DNA of 64,000 bases from Flavobacteriales bacterium (GTDB lineage: Bacteria; Bacteroidota; Bacteroidia; Flavobacteriales; BACL11): contig OZ238992.1 of the NCBI GenBank assembly GCA_965183885.1, positions 2,049,548 to 2,113,547 of the forward strand. Reading direction: 5' to 3'. This document shows positions 50,586 to 59,700 of this stretch, piece by piece. Under the pieces are notes generated by a model that saw nothing but the letters and a program-made list of their open reading frames with translations, was not told where the DNA came from and ran no database searches. A program made the translations under genes and the position numbers. Position 1 is the stretch's first letter; each line of letters starts with the position of its first letter.

Positions 50586-51773
50586 ATGATTAGTGTAGAA
50601 AAAGCAAAAGAAATAATATTTTTAGAAAGTAAAAAAACAAAGGCTATAAAACAAAAGGTTATAGCTTCCGTTGGTTCTATACTTGCAGAAGATATCATTG
50701 CAGAAATCAATATCCCTTCTTTTAATAATTCAGCCATGGATGGTTATGCATTTAAATATGCTGATTTTGAACGAGGAATTTTAAAATTTAAACTTCAGGA
50801 AGAAGTAAAAGCCGGAGACAATACTTCAGTTGTTGTACAAGAATCATGCTGCTCCCCTATTTATACTGGAGCTCCAATACCTGAAGGCGCTGACACCGTA
50901 GTAATGCTTGAGGAAACTACCCCAAAAGGAGATAGTATTGAAATTAATGCTGATTATAAAAATAAACTAGGAAAGCATATCAGAATTAAAGGAGAACAAA
51001 TACAAAAAGGGAACCTTGCATTAAAAAAAGGAACAATAATAAATCCTGCTACTGCATCCTACCTATCTGCTTTAGGAAACTCAGAAGTTAAAATCTTTCA
51101 AGCTCCAAAAGTTAAAATTATCACTACAGGAAATGAGATAATTAAACCAGGTACTCCTCTTAAATTTGGTCAGATTTATGAAAGTAATTCTACAGCGCTT
51201 ATATCGCTTCTAAAACAACAAAATGTTAAGGATATTAAACATGAAGTAGCTAAAGATACATTAGAAGAATTACAAGCTACTTTAGAAGATGTTAATGTTT
51301 ATGATATTGTAATTGTTACTGGAGGAATTTCAGTAGGAAAATATGATTTAGTTGCTGATGCTCTTGCTGCAATTGGAGTTGAAAAAAAATTATATAAAAT
51401 TGCTCAGAAACCAGGAAAACCACTTTATTTTGGAACTAAGGATAACACCCTGTTTTTTGCATTACCTGGAAACCCTGCTGCTGTAATTACCTCTTATTAT
51501 GAATATATCTATCCAACAATAAAAAAGATGATGGGCTTTTCTGATTTTGAATTACAGAAATTAAGTACTATTTTACTAAAAGATGTAAAGATAAAAACAA
51601 GCAGAGCCCACTTTTTAAAAGGAAAGATTAATGCTAATGGAGTTGATATTTTAGGAGGGCAAGATTCTCATATCTTAAATTCTTTTGCTGCTGCTAATTG
51701 CTTAGTATATCTTAAGGATAAAGAGTTATGGAAAACAGGGGATAATGTTGAAGTTCACTTATTACCGCGCTAA
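50586..51773 (+). CDS. moeA: Molybdopterin molybdotransferase
   Basis: PSFNNSAMDGYA, IYTGAPIPEGADTVVMLE, IITTGNEI, IYESN, TGGISVGKYD, KPGKP, LPGNP. Confidence 0.95.
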   Translation: MISVEKAKEIIFLESKKTKAIKQKVIASVGSILAEDIIAEINIPSFNNSAMDGYAFKYADFERGILKFKLQEEVKAGDNTSVVVQESCCSPIYTGAPIPEGADTVVMLEETTPKGDSIEINADYKNKLGKHIRIKGEQIQKGNLALKKGTIINPATASYLSALGNSEVKIFQAPKVKIITTGNEIIKPGTPLKFGQIYESNSTALISLLKQQNVKDIKHEVAKDTLEELQATLEDVNVYDIVIVTGGISVGKYDLVADALAAIGVEKKLYKIAQKPGKPLYFGTKDNTLFFALPGNPAAVITSYYEYIYPTIKKMMGFSDFELQKLSTILLKDVKIKTSRAHFLKGKINANGVDILGGQDSHILNSFAAANCLVYLKDKELWKTGDNVEVHLLPR

Positions 51774-52339
51774 TGGAAATAACTGCTATAATATTAGCTG
51801 GAGGCTTAAGTTCTAGGATGGGAACTGATAAAGGAGTAATTCAACTTGATGAAAAAAAAATGATTGAGAAAGTAATTACAAACCTCACTCCTTTTTGTGA
51901 TACAATACTTATAAGTGCTAATAATAATAACTACAATTACTTAGGTCATAAAATCATTAAAGATAAATATGGTAGAATTGGTCCTGTTGGCGGGATTTTA
52001 AGCTGCTTAGAAGAAAGTAAAACAACGGCTAACCTTGTAATGAGTTGTGATACTCCTAACATTAGTGCTACAGTAATAAAGCAACTATTAATCAAAACTG
52101 AAAATTATGATACGATACTTCCTTATCATCATAATAGGTTTGATCCCCTTACAGCTTATTATAACAAAAGCTGTATACCTATATTAAAGGAAATGATTAA
52201 CAATAAAGAATATAAATTACAACATATCATAAAAAACCTAAACTATAAGAAAGTTTATTTTAAAGATGAAGACGAGACATTAAAAGAATTTATTAATATT
52301 AACGATAAAAACGACCTAAAACGCTACTATGAAAATTAA
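51773..52339 (+). CDS. mobA: Molybdenum cofactor guanylyltransferase
   Basis: IILAGGLSSRMGTDK, GPVGGI, SCDTP, FININ. Confidence 0.9.
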   Translation: MEITAIILAGGLSSRMGTDKGVIQLDEKKMIEKVITNLTPFCDTILISANNNNYNYLGHKIIKDKYGRIGPVGGILSCLEESKTTANLVMSCDTPNISATVIKQLLIKTENYDTILPYHHNRFDPLTAYYNKSCIPILKEMINNKEYKLQHIIKNLNYKKVYFKDEDETLKEFININDKNDLKRYYEN

Positions 52340-52562
52340 AGTACTTTTTTTTGGGATCCTTGAAGATATTACTGCATGTAAAGAGATGGAATTAACTGAA
52401 ATTGCAACGAGTAATCAACTTAAAGAGATTCTAAATTCAAAATATCCTAAGCTAACTGAAAGCACATTTCAATTGGCTTTAAATCAATCAATAATAACAG
52501 AAAATACTTCCTTAAATAATGGTGATACAATTGCTTTATTACCGCCTTTTGCAGGAGGGTAA
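52329..52562 (+). CDS. moaD: Molybdopterin synthase sulfur carrier
   Basis: KVLFFG...ALNQ...GDTIALLPPFAGG (C-terminal GG). Confidence 0.93.
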   Translation: MKIKVLFFGILEDITACKEMELTEIATSNQLKEILNSKYPKLTESTFQLALNQSIITENTSLNNGDTIALLPPFAGG

Positions 52563-52573
52563 AAATAATAGAA

Positions 52574-52996
52574 ATGGGAAAAAATGTATTAACACAAGGA
52601 CCTATAAGTCCTGATAAAATTGCAAAGTCAATTGCTAACCACAGTCATAAAACTGGAATTGGAGCACATAATATATTTCTAGGACAGGTAAGAGCCGATA
52701 AACATGAAGGAAAATCTGTTACAGGAATAGAATACTCTGCCTATGAAGATATGGCTGAGCGTATTTTTAGTGAAATAAGAGAAGGAATTTTTGAGAAATA
52801 TGATATTACCTGTATGCATATTTATCATAGTATAGGAATGGTAAAAGCAGGTGAAATTTCATTATTTGTTTTTGTATCCTCAAAACACAGAGGTGTAAGT
52901 TATGATGCATCAAGAGCAGTTGTAGAAGCAATAAAAGAAAGGGCTCCTATCTGGAAAAAAGAACTTATTGAAGGAGAAAAACATAATTGGGTTTAA
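52574..52996 (+). CDS. moaE: Molybdopterin synthase catalytic subunit
   Basis: GAHNIFLGQVR, EYSAY, GEISLFV.VSSKHR, IKERAPIWKKE. Confidence 0.93.
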   Translation: MGKNVLTQGPISPDKIAKSIANHSHKTGIGAHNIFLGQVRADKHEGKSVTGIEYSAYEDMAERIFSEIREGIFEKYDITCMHIYHSIGMVKAGEISLFVFVSSKHRGVSYDASRAVVEAIKERAPIWKKELIEGEKHNWV

Positions 52997-53026
52997 AAAG
53001 AATTAGAAAAATTAAAAAAGAATAAA

Positions 53027-53935
53027 ATGAAAGATATAAGTTGGAAAGTTAAAACACTACGTACAGCAACTGCACAGGCAGTTGTAAAAATTGGACCTTT
53101 AGGGATGGCAGCAATTAAAAATAAAACTGTGCCTAAAGGAGATCCTTTTGAGATTTCAAAAATAGCAGGAATGTTAGCCGTTAAAAATACATCAGGAGTT
53201 ATTCCTCATTGTCATCCTATGCCAACAGAGAATTCTGATATTTATTTTGAAATTGAAGGAGATAAAGTTATCATTAAATTATCTGTAACCACAATATATA
53301 AAACAGGTTGTGAAATTGAAGCAATTTATGGAGCAACAACAACTGCAGTAACACTTTACGACTTGCTAAAACCTGTAGAAACAGAATTAGAAATATCAGA
53401 TGTTAAACTTCTTGAAAAAAGAGGTGGAAAATCAGACTTTATAAAAGATATCGCTCCTGATTTAATGGCAAGCGTAATTGTAATGTCTGATAGTATCTCT
53501 GCAGGAAAGAAAGAAGACAGATCAGGAAAAGCTATTGTAAGCAAACTAAATGAATGTGCTGTTAACAATATTAAATATCATATTATACCTGATGAAAAAC
53601 AAGAGTTACAGGATCTAGTTAAGGATAGTTTAGCCTTAGGTAGTAAGCTAATTATTACAACTGGAGGTACAGGATTATCATCAAGAGATATTACTCCAGA
53701 GAGCCTAAGACCTATGCTAGATGTAGAAATACCAGGAATAATGGAGGCTACAAGAGCGTATGGACAAGAGCGTACACCCTACTCAATGTTATCAAGAGGC
53801 GTTGCCGGGCTTATAAATGATTGTTTGATAATTGCATTACCAGGGTCAACTAGAGGAGCTACAGAAAGTATGGATGCTCTTTTCCCTTATATACTACACA
53901 TCTACAGAGTAATAAAAGGTAGAAGACACGACTAA
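53027..53935 (+). CDS. moaC: MoaC-MoaB(MogA) fusion
   Basis: MKDIS.K..TLRTA, KGD, IPHCHP, GCEIEA, LYDLLK, LLEKRGGKS; then SDS...DRSG, TTGGTG...RDITPE, LPGS. Confidence 0.92.
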   Translation: MKDISWKVKTLRTATAQAVVKIGPLGMAAIKNKTVPKGDPFEISKIAGMLAVKNTSGVIPHCHPMPTENSDIYFEIEGDKVIIKLSVTTIYKTGCEIEAIYGATTTAVTLYDLLKPVETELEISDVKLLEKRGGKSDFIKDIAPDLMASVIVMSDSISAGKKEDRSGKAIVSKLNECAVNNIKYHIIPDEKQELQDLVKDSLALGSKLIITTGGTGLSSRDITPESLRPMLDVEIPGIMEATRAYGQERTPYSMLSRGVAGLINDCLIIALPGSTRGATESMDALFPYILHIYRVIKGRRHD

Positions 53936-53937
53936 AG

Positions 53938-54684
53938 ATGGAATATATTCTTATCTGTATATTAATAATGGCATTTCTCTATGCTTCAGTTGGTCATGGA
54001 GGAGCAAGTGGTTATCATGCTATTATGGCACTTTTTGCAGTAGAGACTATATTAATGAAATCATCTGCACTTACCTTAAATATTTTTGTTGCAGGCATAT
54101 CCTTTTATCAATATCAAAAAGCTGGGTATTTTAGGTGGAAAGTATTTTTACCATTTGCAATAAGTTCTATTCCTCTTGCATACCTAGGGGGAACAATAGA
54201 AATTGCCTCTGGACTTTATAAAGGAATCTTAGGTTTATTTCTAGTATTTGCAGTACTTAAAATGCTAGGACTTATAGGAAAAGAACAGGAGAAATTAAGT
54301 CAACTACCATTTGGAATAGGATTATTATTTGGAGCTATATTAGGGTTTATTTCAGGACTAATAGGTATTGGGGGAGGAATCATTTTAAGCCCACTCTTAT
54401 TACTCTTTGGTTGGGCAAAGATGAAGGAAGCAGCAGCAATCTCAGCCTTATTTATCCTTGTAAACTCATCAAGTGCACTTTTAGGAATTATAAATTCAGG
54501 AAATTATACCCCTATAAATACTATATGGATATGGGTAATAATAGCTATAATTGGAGGGTTTGCTGGAAGCTATATTGGTAGTAAAAAAATGACAAATAAA
54601 GGTGTAAGATATTTACTTGCTTTAGTATTAGCCTTAGCTAGTGTTAAATTGCTTAACACCTTTTATTATTACCTAATAAACTAA
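53938..54684 (+). CDS. TauE/SafE (TSUP) family permease
   Basis: YASVGHGGASGY, GLIGIGGGIILSP, FILVNS..AL.G. Confidence 0.88.
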   Translation: MEYILICILIMAFLYASVGHGGASGYHAIMALFAVETILMKSSALTLNIFVAGISFYQYQKAGYFRWKVFLPFAISSIPLAYLGGTIEIASGLYKGILGLFLVFAVLKMLGLIGKEQEKLSQLPFGIGLLFGAILGFISGLIGIGGGIILSPLLLLFGWAKMKEAAAISALFILVNSSSALLGIINSGNYTPINTIWIWVIIAIIGGFAGSYIGSKKMTNKGVRYLLALVLALASVKLLNTFYYYLIN

Positions 54685-54687
54685 TAA

Positions 54688-54716
54688 AAAAGCCCTATAA
54701 ATATTATAGGGCTTTT
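54688..54716. terminator. Bidirectional terminator between tauE-like gene and ric
   Basis: AAAAGCCCTATAA-ATA-TTATAGGGCTTTT. Confidence 0.85.
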
Positions 54717-54722
54717 AACTGT

Positions 54723-55430
54723 TTAGTTTTTAGTAGCATTTTCCATTTCAATTGCTTTAGGAAATAGAATGTTATTTTCTAAATGAATATGAATATGTAA
54801 ATCATCTTGATATACCTTTAAATGGTGGTAAAGAGCTTTGTATGTATTACATGCAAAAGGTGGCGGTGTAAAATTATCACTTAACTTTTCTATCTCTTTA
54901 AAGATATCCCCAGCACTATCGTGCTCTAGCTCCATCATTCTAATTGGATTTTGTACTGAGCCAAAAGGAATAGTAATTTCTTCATTACTTCTATTTGCTA
55001 CAGCCAAATTTATAATGTGAGGAAACAATATCCCCTCCTCCTTCATTAAATGTTGTTGCAACTCAATTGCTACCTCATTAAATAGCTTTGCTATTTCAAT
55101 TGTTTCTGGTTGTGCATGACCATGAACTTTTGCTACTTTATTAGCAAACTCAATTATTATTGGCGTTGTTTCCTTAACATATTTATGATGAGTTGTTAAA
55201 ATATGATTGGCTAAAACATCTAATTCCATTTTATCAAAATTAGTATCAGCCATTGCAGCATCTAACACTTCTATTTCTTTAAATATTGTTAAAGCTTCTA
55301 CACCTTTTCCTTTACAAGCTTCTGCTACAGGCTTTCCTCCTCCGCAACAAAAATCAATACCATATTTTTTAAATATTGTTGCAGTTCTCATATCTGAGGC
55401 AACAATTTGTGCTACTGTTTTATCTTTCAT
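54723..55430 (-). CDS. ric: Iron-sulfur cluster repair di-iron protein (RIC/YtfE/ScdA)
   Basis: GIDFCCGG, HH.YV, KVAKVHG, HLMKEE.ILFP, MELEH, HIHLENNILFP. Confidence 0.95.
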   Translation of the reverse strand: MKDKTVAQIVASDMRTATIFKKYGIDFCCGGGKPVAEACKGKGVEALTIFKEIEVLDAAMADTNFDKMELDVLANHILTTHHKYVKETTPIIIEFANKVAKVHGHAQPETIEIAKLFNEVAIELQQHLMKEEGILFPHIINLAVANRSNEEITIPFGSVQNPIRMMELEHDSAGDIFKEIEKLSDNFTPPPFACNTYKALYHHLKVYQDDLHIHIHLENNILFPKAIEMENATKN

Positions 55431-55479
55431 TTTTATTTATTTTATACAACAAAGATAGTTGCAGAAAATAAATATTTTT

Positions 55480-55493
55480 ATGATTCATATCAT
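55480..55493. promoter_or_regulatory. FNR-type box, ric promoter
   Basis: ATGAT-TCAT-ATCAT, 22 nt upstream of minus-strand TATCTTTG (55457-55450). Confidence 0.8.
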
Positions 55494-55506
55494 GTATAGC
55501 AATAAA

Positions 55507-56193
55507 TTAACTATGCTTTACACAGTGTTTTTTAATCTCTCCTAAATTCAATATTTTGATTTGTTTCCCAATATTTTTAATGACCTTTTGCTCTTCTAAC
55601 TTCTTTAGCATTCTCACCACTGTTTCGTAGGTAGCTCCAACTAAACTAGCTAACTCTCTTCTGCTTAACGTATACTTTAACATGTTATCCTCATCAAGTC
55701 CAAAGGCATCAATATTAAACATTATTGCAGTAGAAATTCTTTCAATAACAGTCATATGCAACATTTGTTGCATTCTTTTTTCAGTATTTTTTAGTTCTTC
55801 AGCAAAGAAGATCATCATATTATACGATAGATTTGCATTTGCTTTTAATACCTTTATAAAGATATCCATTGGTATAAAAGTAAGGGTAACATCAGTAAGA
55901 CTTTTAACAGTAATTGGATAAAAATAATCATTACCAAACCCTCTATGCCCTAAAATATCTCCTTCTTTTGCAAGCCTTATTATTCGTTCTTGATTTTCAC
56001 GACTAAGGCTAATTTTAACCATTCCCGATTCAATAAAATAGATTCCTTCTACTCTATCTCCCTGAGTGATAATTTCTGAGCCTTTGCTAAACTTAAATTC
56101 TTTCTTGTAAACATCAATTACCTCTAGCCATTCATTAGAACAATGATTACTTAATAAACAATTTTTAATACTACAATTCTCACACTTTATCAT
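55507..56193 (-). CDS. Crp/Fnr family transcriptional regulator with N-terminal Cys cluster
   Basis: CENC-x4-C-x5-C, cNMP-like fold (YFIESG.VKI, GDILG), HTH LSRRELASLVGATYETVVRML. Confidence 0.9.
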   Translation of the reverse strand: MIKCENCSIKNCLLSNHCSNEWLEVIDVYKKEFKFSKGSEIITQGDRVEGIYFIESGMVKISLSRENQERIIRLAKEGDILGHRGFGNDYFYPITVKSLTDVTLTFIPMDIFIKVLKANANLSYNMMIFFAEELKNTEKRMQQMLHMTVIERISTAIMFNIDAFGLDEDNMLKYTLSRRELASLVGATYETVVRMLKKLEEQKVIKNIGKQIKILNLGEIKKHCVKHS

Positions 56194-56212
56194 CTAAATA
56201 CTTGTTGTTTTA

Positions 56213-57208
56213 TTAACCTCCAATTGCAAACATACACCTTCCCTTTCCAAGGTCTTGCTCTTGTTTAATATCTTCAAATTTAGGAAGCCCTCCTCTCTCT
56301 TCAAACTTTGTTTCAATATTCTGAAATATTAATTTTTCAATATCTTCTCCATTTCTAAAAGCAGTAAGTAGGTCTAGCTCACCATTAGAAAATAAACAAT
56401 TTTTTATTTTTCCATCAGCTGTAAGCCTTATTCTATTACATGTCCCACAAAATGAATCAGTAACCGAACTTATCACTGCAAAAGTACCTTTTCCATTTTT
56501 CAATTGGAAATTTTTTGCAGTATCATTTTTTGCATCCTTAATTCTACTGTATTCAAATTTCTCATCTACAATATTTAGGATTTCTTTATAGCTTACAATT
56601 TTAGAAAAATCCCAAGAGTTTCCATTAAAAGGCATGAACTCTATAAACCTAACATGAACTTTATCGTTTCTTGTCCACTCAATAAAATCAGCAATTTCAT
56701 GAATATTAACATCCTTTAAAACCACCATATTTACTTTGATTTTAAAACCATTATCAACAAATAGTTTAATATTATCAAGTACCTTATTAAGATAATTACG
56801 TTTAGTAATAGTATAGAATTTTTCAGCATCTAAAGTATCTAAACTAATATTTACTGACTCTAACCCAAGTTCTTGAAACAACTCCATATATTGGTCTAAT
56901 AAATATCCGTTTGATGTTATTGCTAGTTCAATTGGAAGGTTTGCTAATCGAGAAATAATCTCCCGTGCATCCTTTCTTATTAATGGCTCTCCACCTGTAA
57001 GTCTAATTTTTTTAACCCCCAACGAAACAAATGTCTTTGCTATATTCAAAAGTTCATCAGCCGACATTAATTTATCATTGGGATAAAAATTTATCTTCTC
57101 ATCAGGCATACAATAGAAACACCTAAAATTACACTTATCAGTCATAGAAATACGCAAGTAATCGTGTTTCCTTCCAAAAGTATCTTTTATGCTATTTTTA
57201 AGTTCCAT
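56213..57208 (-). CDS. moaA: GTP 3',8-cyclase
   Basis: DTFGR.HDYLRISMTDKCNFRCFYC, LTGGEP, RFIEFMP, FCGTCNRIRLTADG..KNCL, C-terminal IGG. Confidence 0.97.
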   Translation of the reverse strand: MELKNSIKDTFGRKHDYLRISMTDKCNFRCFYCMPDEKINFYPNDKLMSADELLNIAKTFVSLGVKKIRLTGGEPLIRKDAREIISRLANLPIELAITSNGYLLDQYMELFQELGLESVNISLDTLDAEKFYTITKRNYLNKVLDNIKLFVDNGFKIKVNMVVLKDVNIHEIADFIEWTRNDKVHVRFIEFMPFNGNSWDFSKIVSYKEILNIVDEKFEYSRIKDAKNDTAKNFQLKNGKGTFAVISSVTDSFCGTCNRIRLTADGKIKNCLFSNGELDLLTAFRNGEDIEKLIFQNIETKFEERGGLPKFEDIKQEQDLGKGRCMFAIGG

Positions 57209-57939
57209 TATTTTACTTTATCAATCAAAGCATTCATTTCATCAAACTCTTCAGTTTTAATCAATTTATAAGCCAGCTGGAAAAGCGTTTCATCTTCTCT
57301 ATAAATATGAAGTCTTAACATTTCAATTAACTCTAACCCATTTTGATATGCGATATCACTTACCATGTTTTTTGAATCCTGATCTGCTAAACGCGATGAA
57401 ATACCAATTAAATTAAAGGCTAAAGTGCCTAATTGAATAAATTGATAATGATCATCTTCAAAAATATCAACTGGTGTTTGTGAAAAAGTATCTGTACCAT
57501 GCTCCCCTGTTGCTCTAAATCTTTCTTCTAATAAAGGAAATAAAACCTTTTCTTCTTTCCTGTTATGCAATAACAACTCACTATCAAAAAAATGAAAAAA
57601 CTCAGAGAAGCTATCATTTATCTCTTTGTTAATTTTCCATTTATCTTCTTTATATTGATGTAAAGCTTTTTCAAATATATTTAGTTTCTTAATAGCAACC
57701 TTATGCTCTAACATTAACTTTTTTATTACATCAGGCATTTGCTCATAAGTTACTGCTTCAATCTTTTTTGAATAAGCTTCTGGTGGGTCCATTGGAGAAT
57801 CACCTTCATCAAGACTAGGGTCTTTAGTTACTTCTCTTTTTATCGGATCATCTTGCGCTATTTTTCTACGCATATCTTTATCTAAAGTACTGCTTACTCT
57901 TTTCTTTGAATTCTTATCTACAATTGTTATCTTTTTCAT
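57208..57939 (-). CDS. Hemerythrin-like domain protein
   Basis: EH...HNRKEEKVLFP...DDH...HIYREDETLF. Confidence 0.85.
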   Translation of the reverse strand: MKKITIVDKNSKKRVSSTLDKDMRRKIAQDDPIKREVTKDPSLDEGDSPMDPPEAYSKKIEAVTYEQMPDVIKKLMLEHKVAIKKLNIFEKALHQYKEDKWKINKEINDSFSEFFHFFDSELLLHNRKEEKVLFPLLEERFRATGEHGTDTFSQTPVDIFEDDHYQFIQLGTLAFNLIGISSRLADQDSKNMVSDIAYQNGLELIEMLRLHIYREDETLFQLAYKLIKTEEFDEMNALIDKVK

Positions 57940-57967
57940 GTTTCAAATTTACTTAATTTTAAGCATG

Positions 57968-57990
57968 AAAAGGACTCAAAAGAGTCCTTT
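57968..57990 (-). terminator. Hairpin after narK2
   Basis: AAAGGACTC-AAAA-GAGTCCTTT. Confidence 0.7.
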
Positions 57991-57992
57991 CT

Positions 57993-58006
57993 ATGCTATA
58001 TATCAT
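57993..58006. promoter_or_regulatory. FNR-type box (one mismatch), hemerythrin-moaA-fnr promoter
   Basis: ATGCT-ATAT-ATCAT, 41 nt upstream of minus-strand TAAATTTG (57951-57944). Confidence 0.5.
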
Positions 58007-58013
58007 ATTACTA

Positions 58014-59645
58014 TTATGGGTTCTTTATATCTGCTTTTGGTCCTAAGTAGTACCACCAGTTTAAGATTGCGCAAAATGCATAAAACACTGCAAATCCGTA
58101 CATTGCAACCTCAGGAGTACCTGATTTCATATTTTCACCAATAATTTTAGGAATTAAGAATGCTCCATATGCAGCAACTGCTGATGTCCAACCTAATACT
58201 GGTCCTGCTTGTTCTTTATTAAATACCATAGAAATAGTACGGAAAGTAGATCCGTTACCAATACCTGTAGCAGCAAATAGAATCACAATTAAAACAAAGA
58301 ATTCCATAAAGAAGTCTTGTGGTGTTGCAGAATGATAAGCTAAATTAGCATAGTACCCTACTCCTATAGAAGCTAAAACCATTACTACTGCAACAACTTG
58401 AGTAATAATTGCACCTCCTAGTTTATCTGCCATTTTTCCTCCAATTGGTCTGATTAATGCACCTACAAAAGCACCAACCCAAACATACATAAACGTTGCA
58501 GGTCCATCAGGATTTGCTAAACTATGATCCCAAACTCCGTCAGCACCTAAAATATGCTGTACACCAAATATAAATTTAATTGCTAAACCTACTGCTGCTG
58601 CAAACCCAATAAATGAACCAAAAGTCATGGTATAGATAATTGTCATTACCCAAGTATGCTTATTGTCAAAAATTGAGAATTGCCTTTTTAAATTATCTTT
58701 AATTTCTCCAGGAGAAAGTGCTTTCATTAATACAATCGTTAAAGCAATTACTATAGGCAATACTATCCATTTTACCCAAGTATAAGCTTTAAATGTTAGG
58801 ATAAAATATAAACCAACTGCAGCAGTTAATAAACCAATTGCTAGCAAGAATAAAATTCTTCCGAATGAAACTCCAGGACCTTTAATATTTGGAGATACTG
58901 CCTCAGTTCTAATATTATTCATTCTAGTCCAACCGAAATATGCTAAAGGAATTAACCATAACATCCATACCCATCCTGCATTTGCTAACCAAGTTTCTGA
59001 CCCTGCTGCAATTCTTTTAAAAATTGTTCCTGAAGTACTTGATAAAGTTAATGGATCGCCACTTAAAGCCCCTAAGAAAGGAACTGTCATTACTAGTGGA
59101 ATAAGAATTTGCATGGTAGTAACTCCAAAGTTACCTAAACCTGCATTCATACCTAAAGCATATCCTTGTTCTTTTTTAGGATAGAAAAATGAGATATTAC
59201 TCATCGATGAAGCAAAGTTACCCCCACCAAAACCTGATAAGAAAGCCATCACCATAAAAAACTCAAATGATGTTGTTGGATCTTGTAATCCTATTGCTGT
59301 ACCAAATGCTGGTATCATTAATAAAGCTGTGGTAAAGAAAATTGTATTTCTACCTCCTGCTAAACGAATAAAGAAAGATGAAGGAATACGCAAAGTTGCT
59401 CCTGTTAAACCTGCAATAGCTGGTAGCATAAATAATAATCCCATAGCCTCTACAGGGTCTTTACCAAAAGTAAATCCTAAATTTTTCATTTGTACGGTAA
59501 TAATACCCCACATTAACCAAACTGAGAACCCTACTAATAAACTTGGGATAGACACCCATAAGTTACGGTTCGCGATTTTTTTACCTGTTGATTCCCAAAA
59601 ACTTTGGTCTTCAACATCCCATTTTGTTAAGTCTTTATTTGACAT
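58014..59645 (-). CDS. narK: Nitrate/nitrite transporter, NarK2-type
   Basis: WDVED..FW...ANRNLW.S, GGRN, GFGGGNFASSMSNISFFYP, AGLGNFG, TFGSFIG, GIGNGSTFR. Confidence 0.92.
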   Translation of the reverse strand: MSNKDLTKWDVEDQSFWESTGKKIANRNLWVSIPSLLVGFSVWLMWGIITVQMKNLGFTFGKDPVEAMGLLFMLPAIAGLTGATLRIPSSFFIRLAGGRNTIFFTTALLMIPAFGTAIGLQDPTTSFEFFMVMAFLSGFGGGNFASSMSNISFFYPKKEQGYALGMNAGLGNFGVTTMQILIPLVMTVPFLGALSGDPLTLSSTSGTIFKRIAAGSETWLANAGWVWMLWLIPLAYFGWTRMNNIRTEAVSPNIKGPGVSFGRILFLLAIGLLTAAVGLYFILTFKAYTWVKWIVLPIVIALTIVLMKALSPGEIKDNLKRQFSIFDNKHTWVMTIIYTMTFGSFIGFAAAVGLAIKFIFGVQHILGADGVWDHSLANPDGPATFMYVWVGAFVGALIRPIGGKMADKLGGAIITQVVAVVMVLASIGVGYYANLAYHSATPQDFFMEFFVLIVILFAATGIGNGSTFRTISMVFNKEQAGPVLGWTSAVAAYGAFLIPKIIGENMKSGTPEVAMYGFAVFYAFCAILNWWYYLGPKADIKNP

Positions 59646-59671
59646 TTTTTTTATTTTAAATTACTATAAAA

Positions 59672-59694
59672 TGGGAGTAGATTCTCTACTCCCA
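59672..59694 (-). terminator. Strong intergenic hairpin between the two narK genes
   Basis: TGGGAGTAGA-TTC-TCTACTCCCA; short T-run on the minus strand. Confidence 0.6.
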
Positions 59695-59700
59695 ATATTT

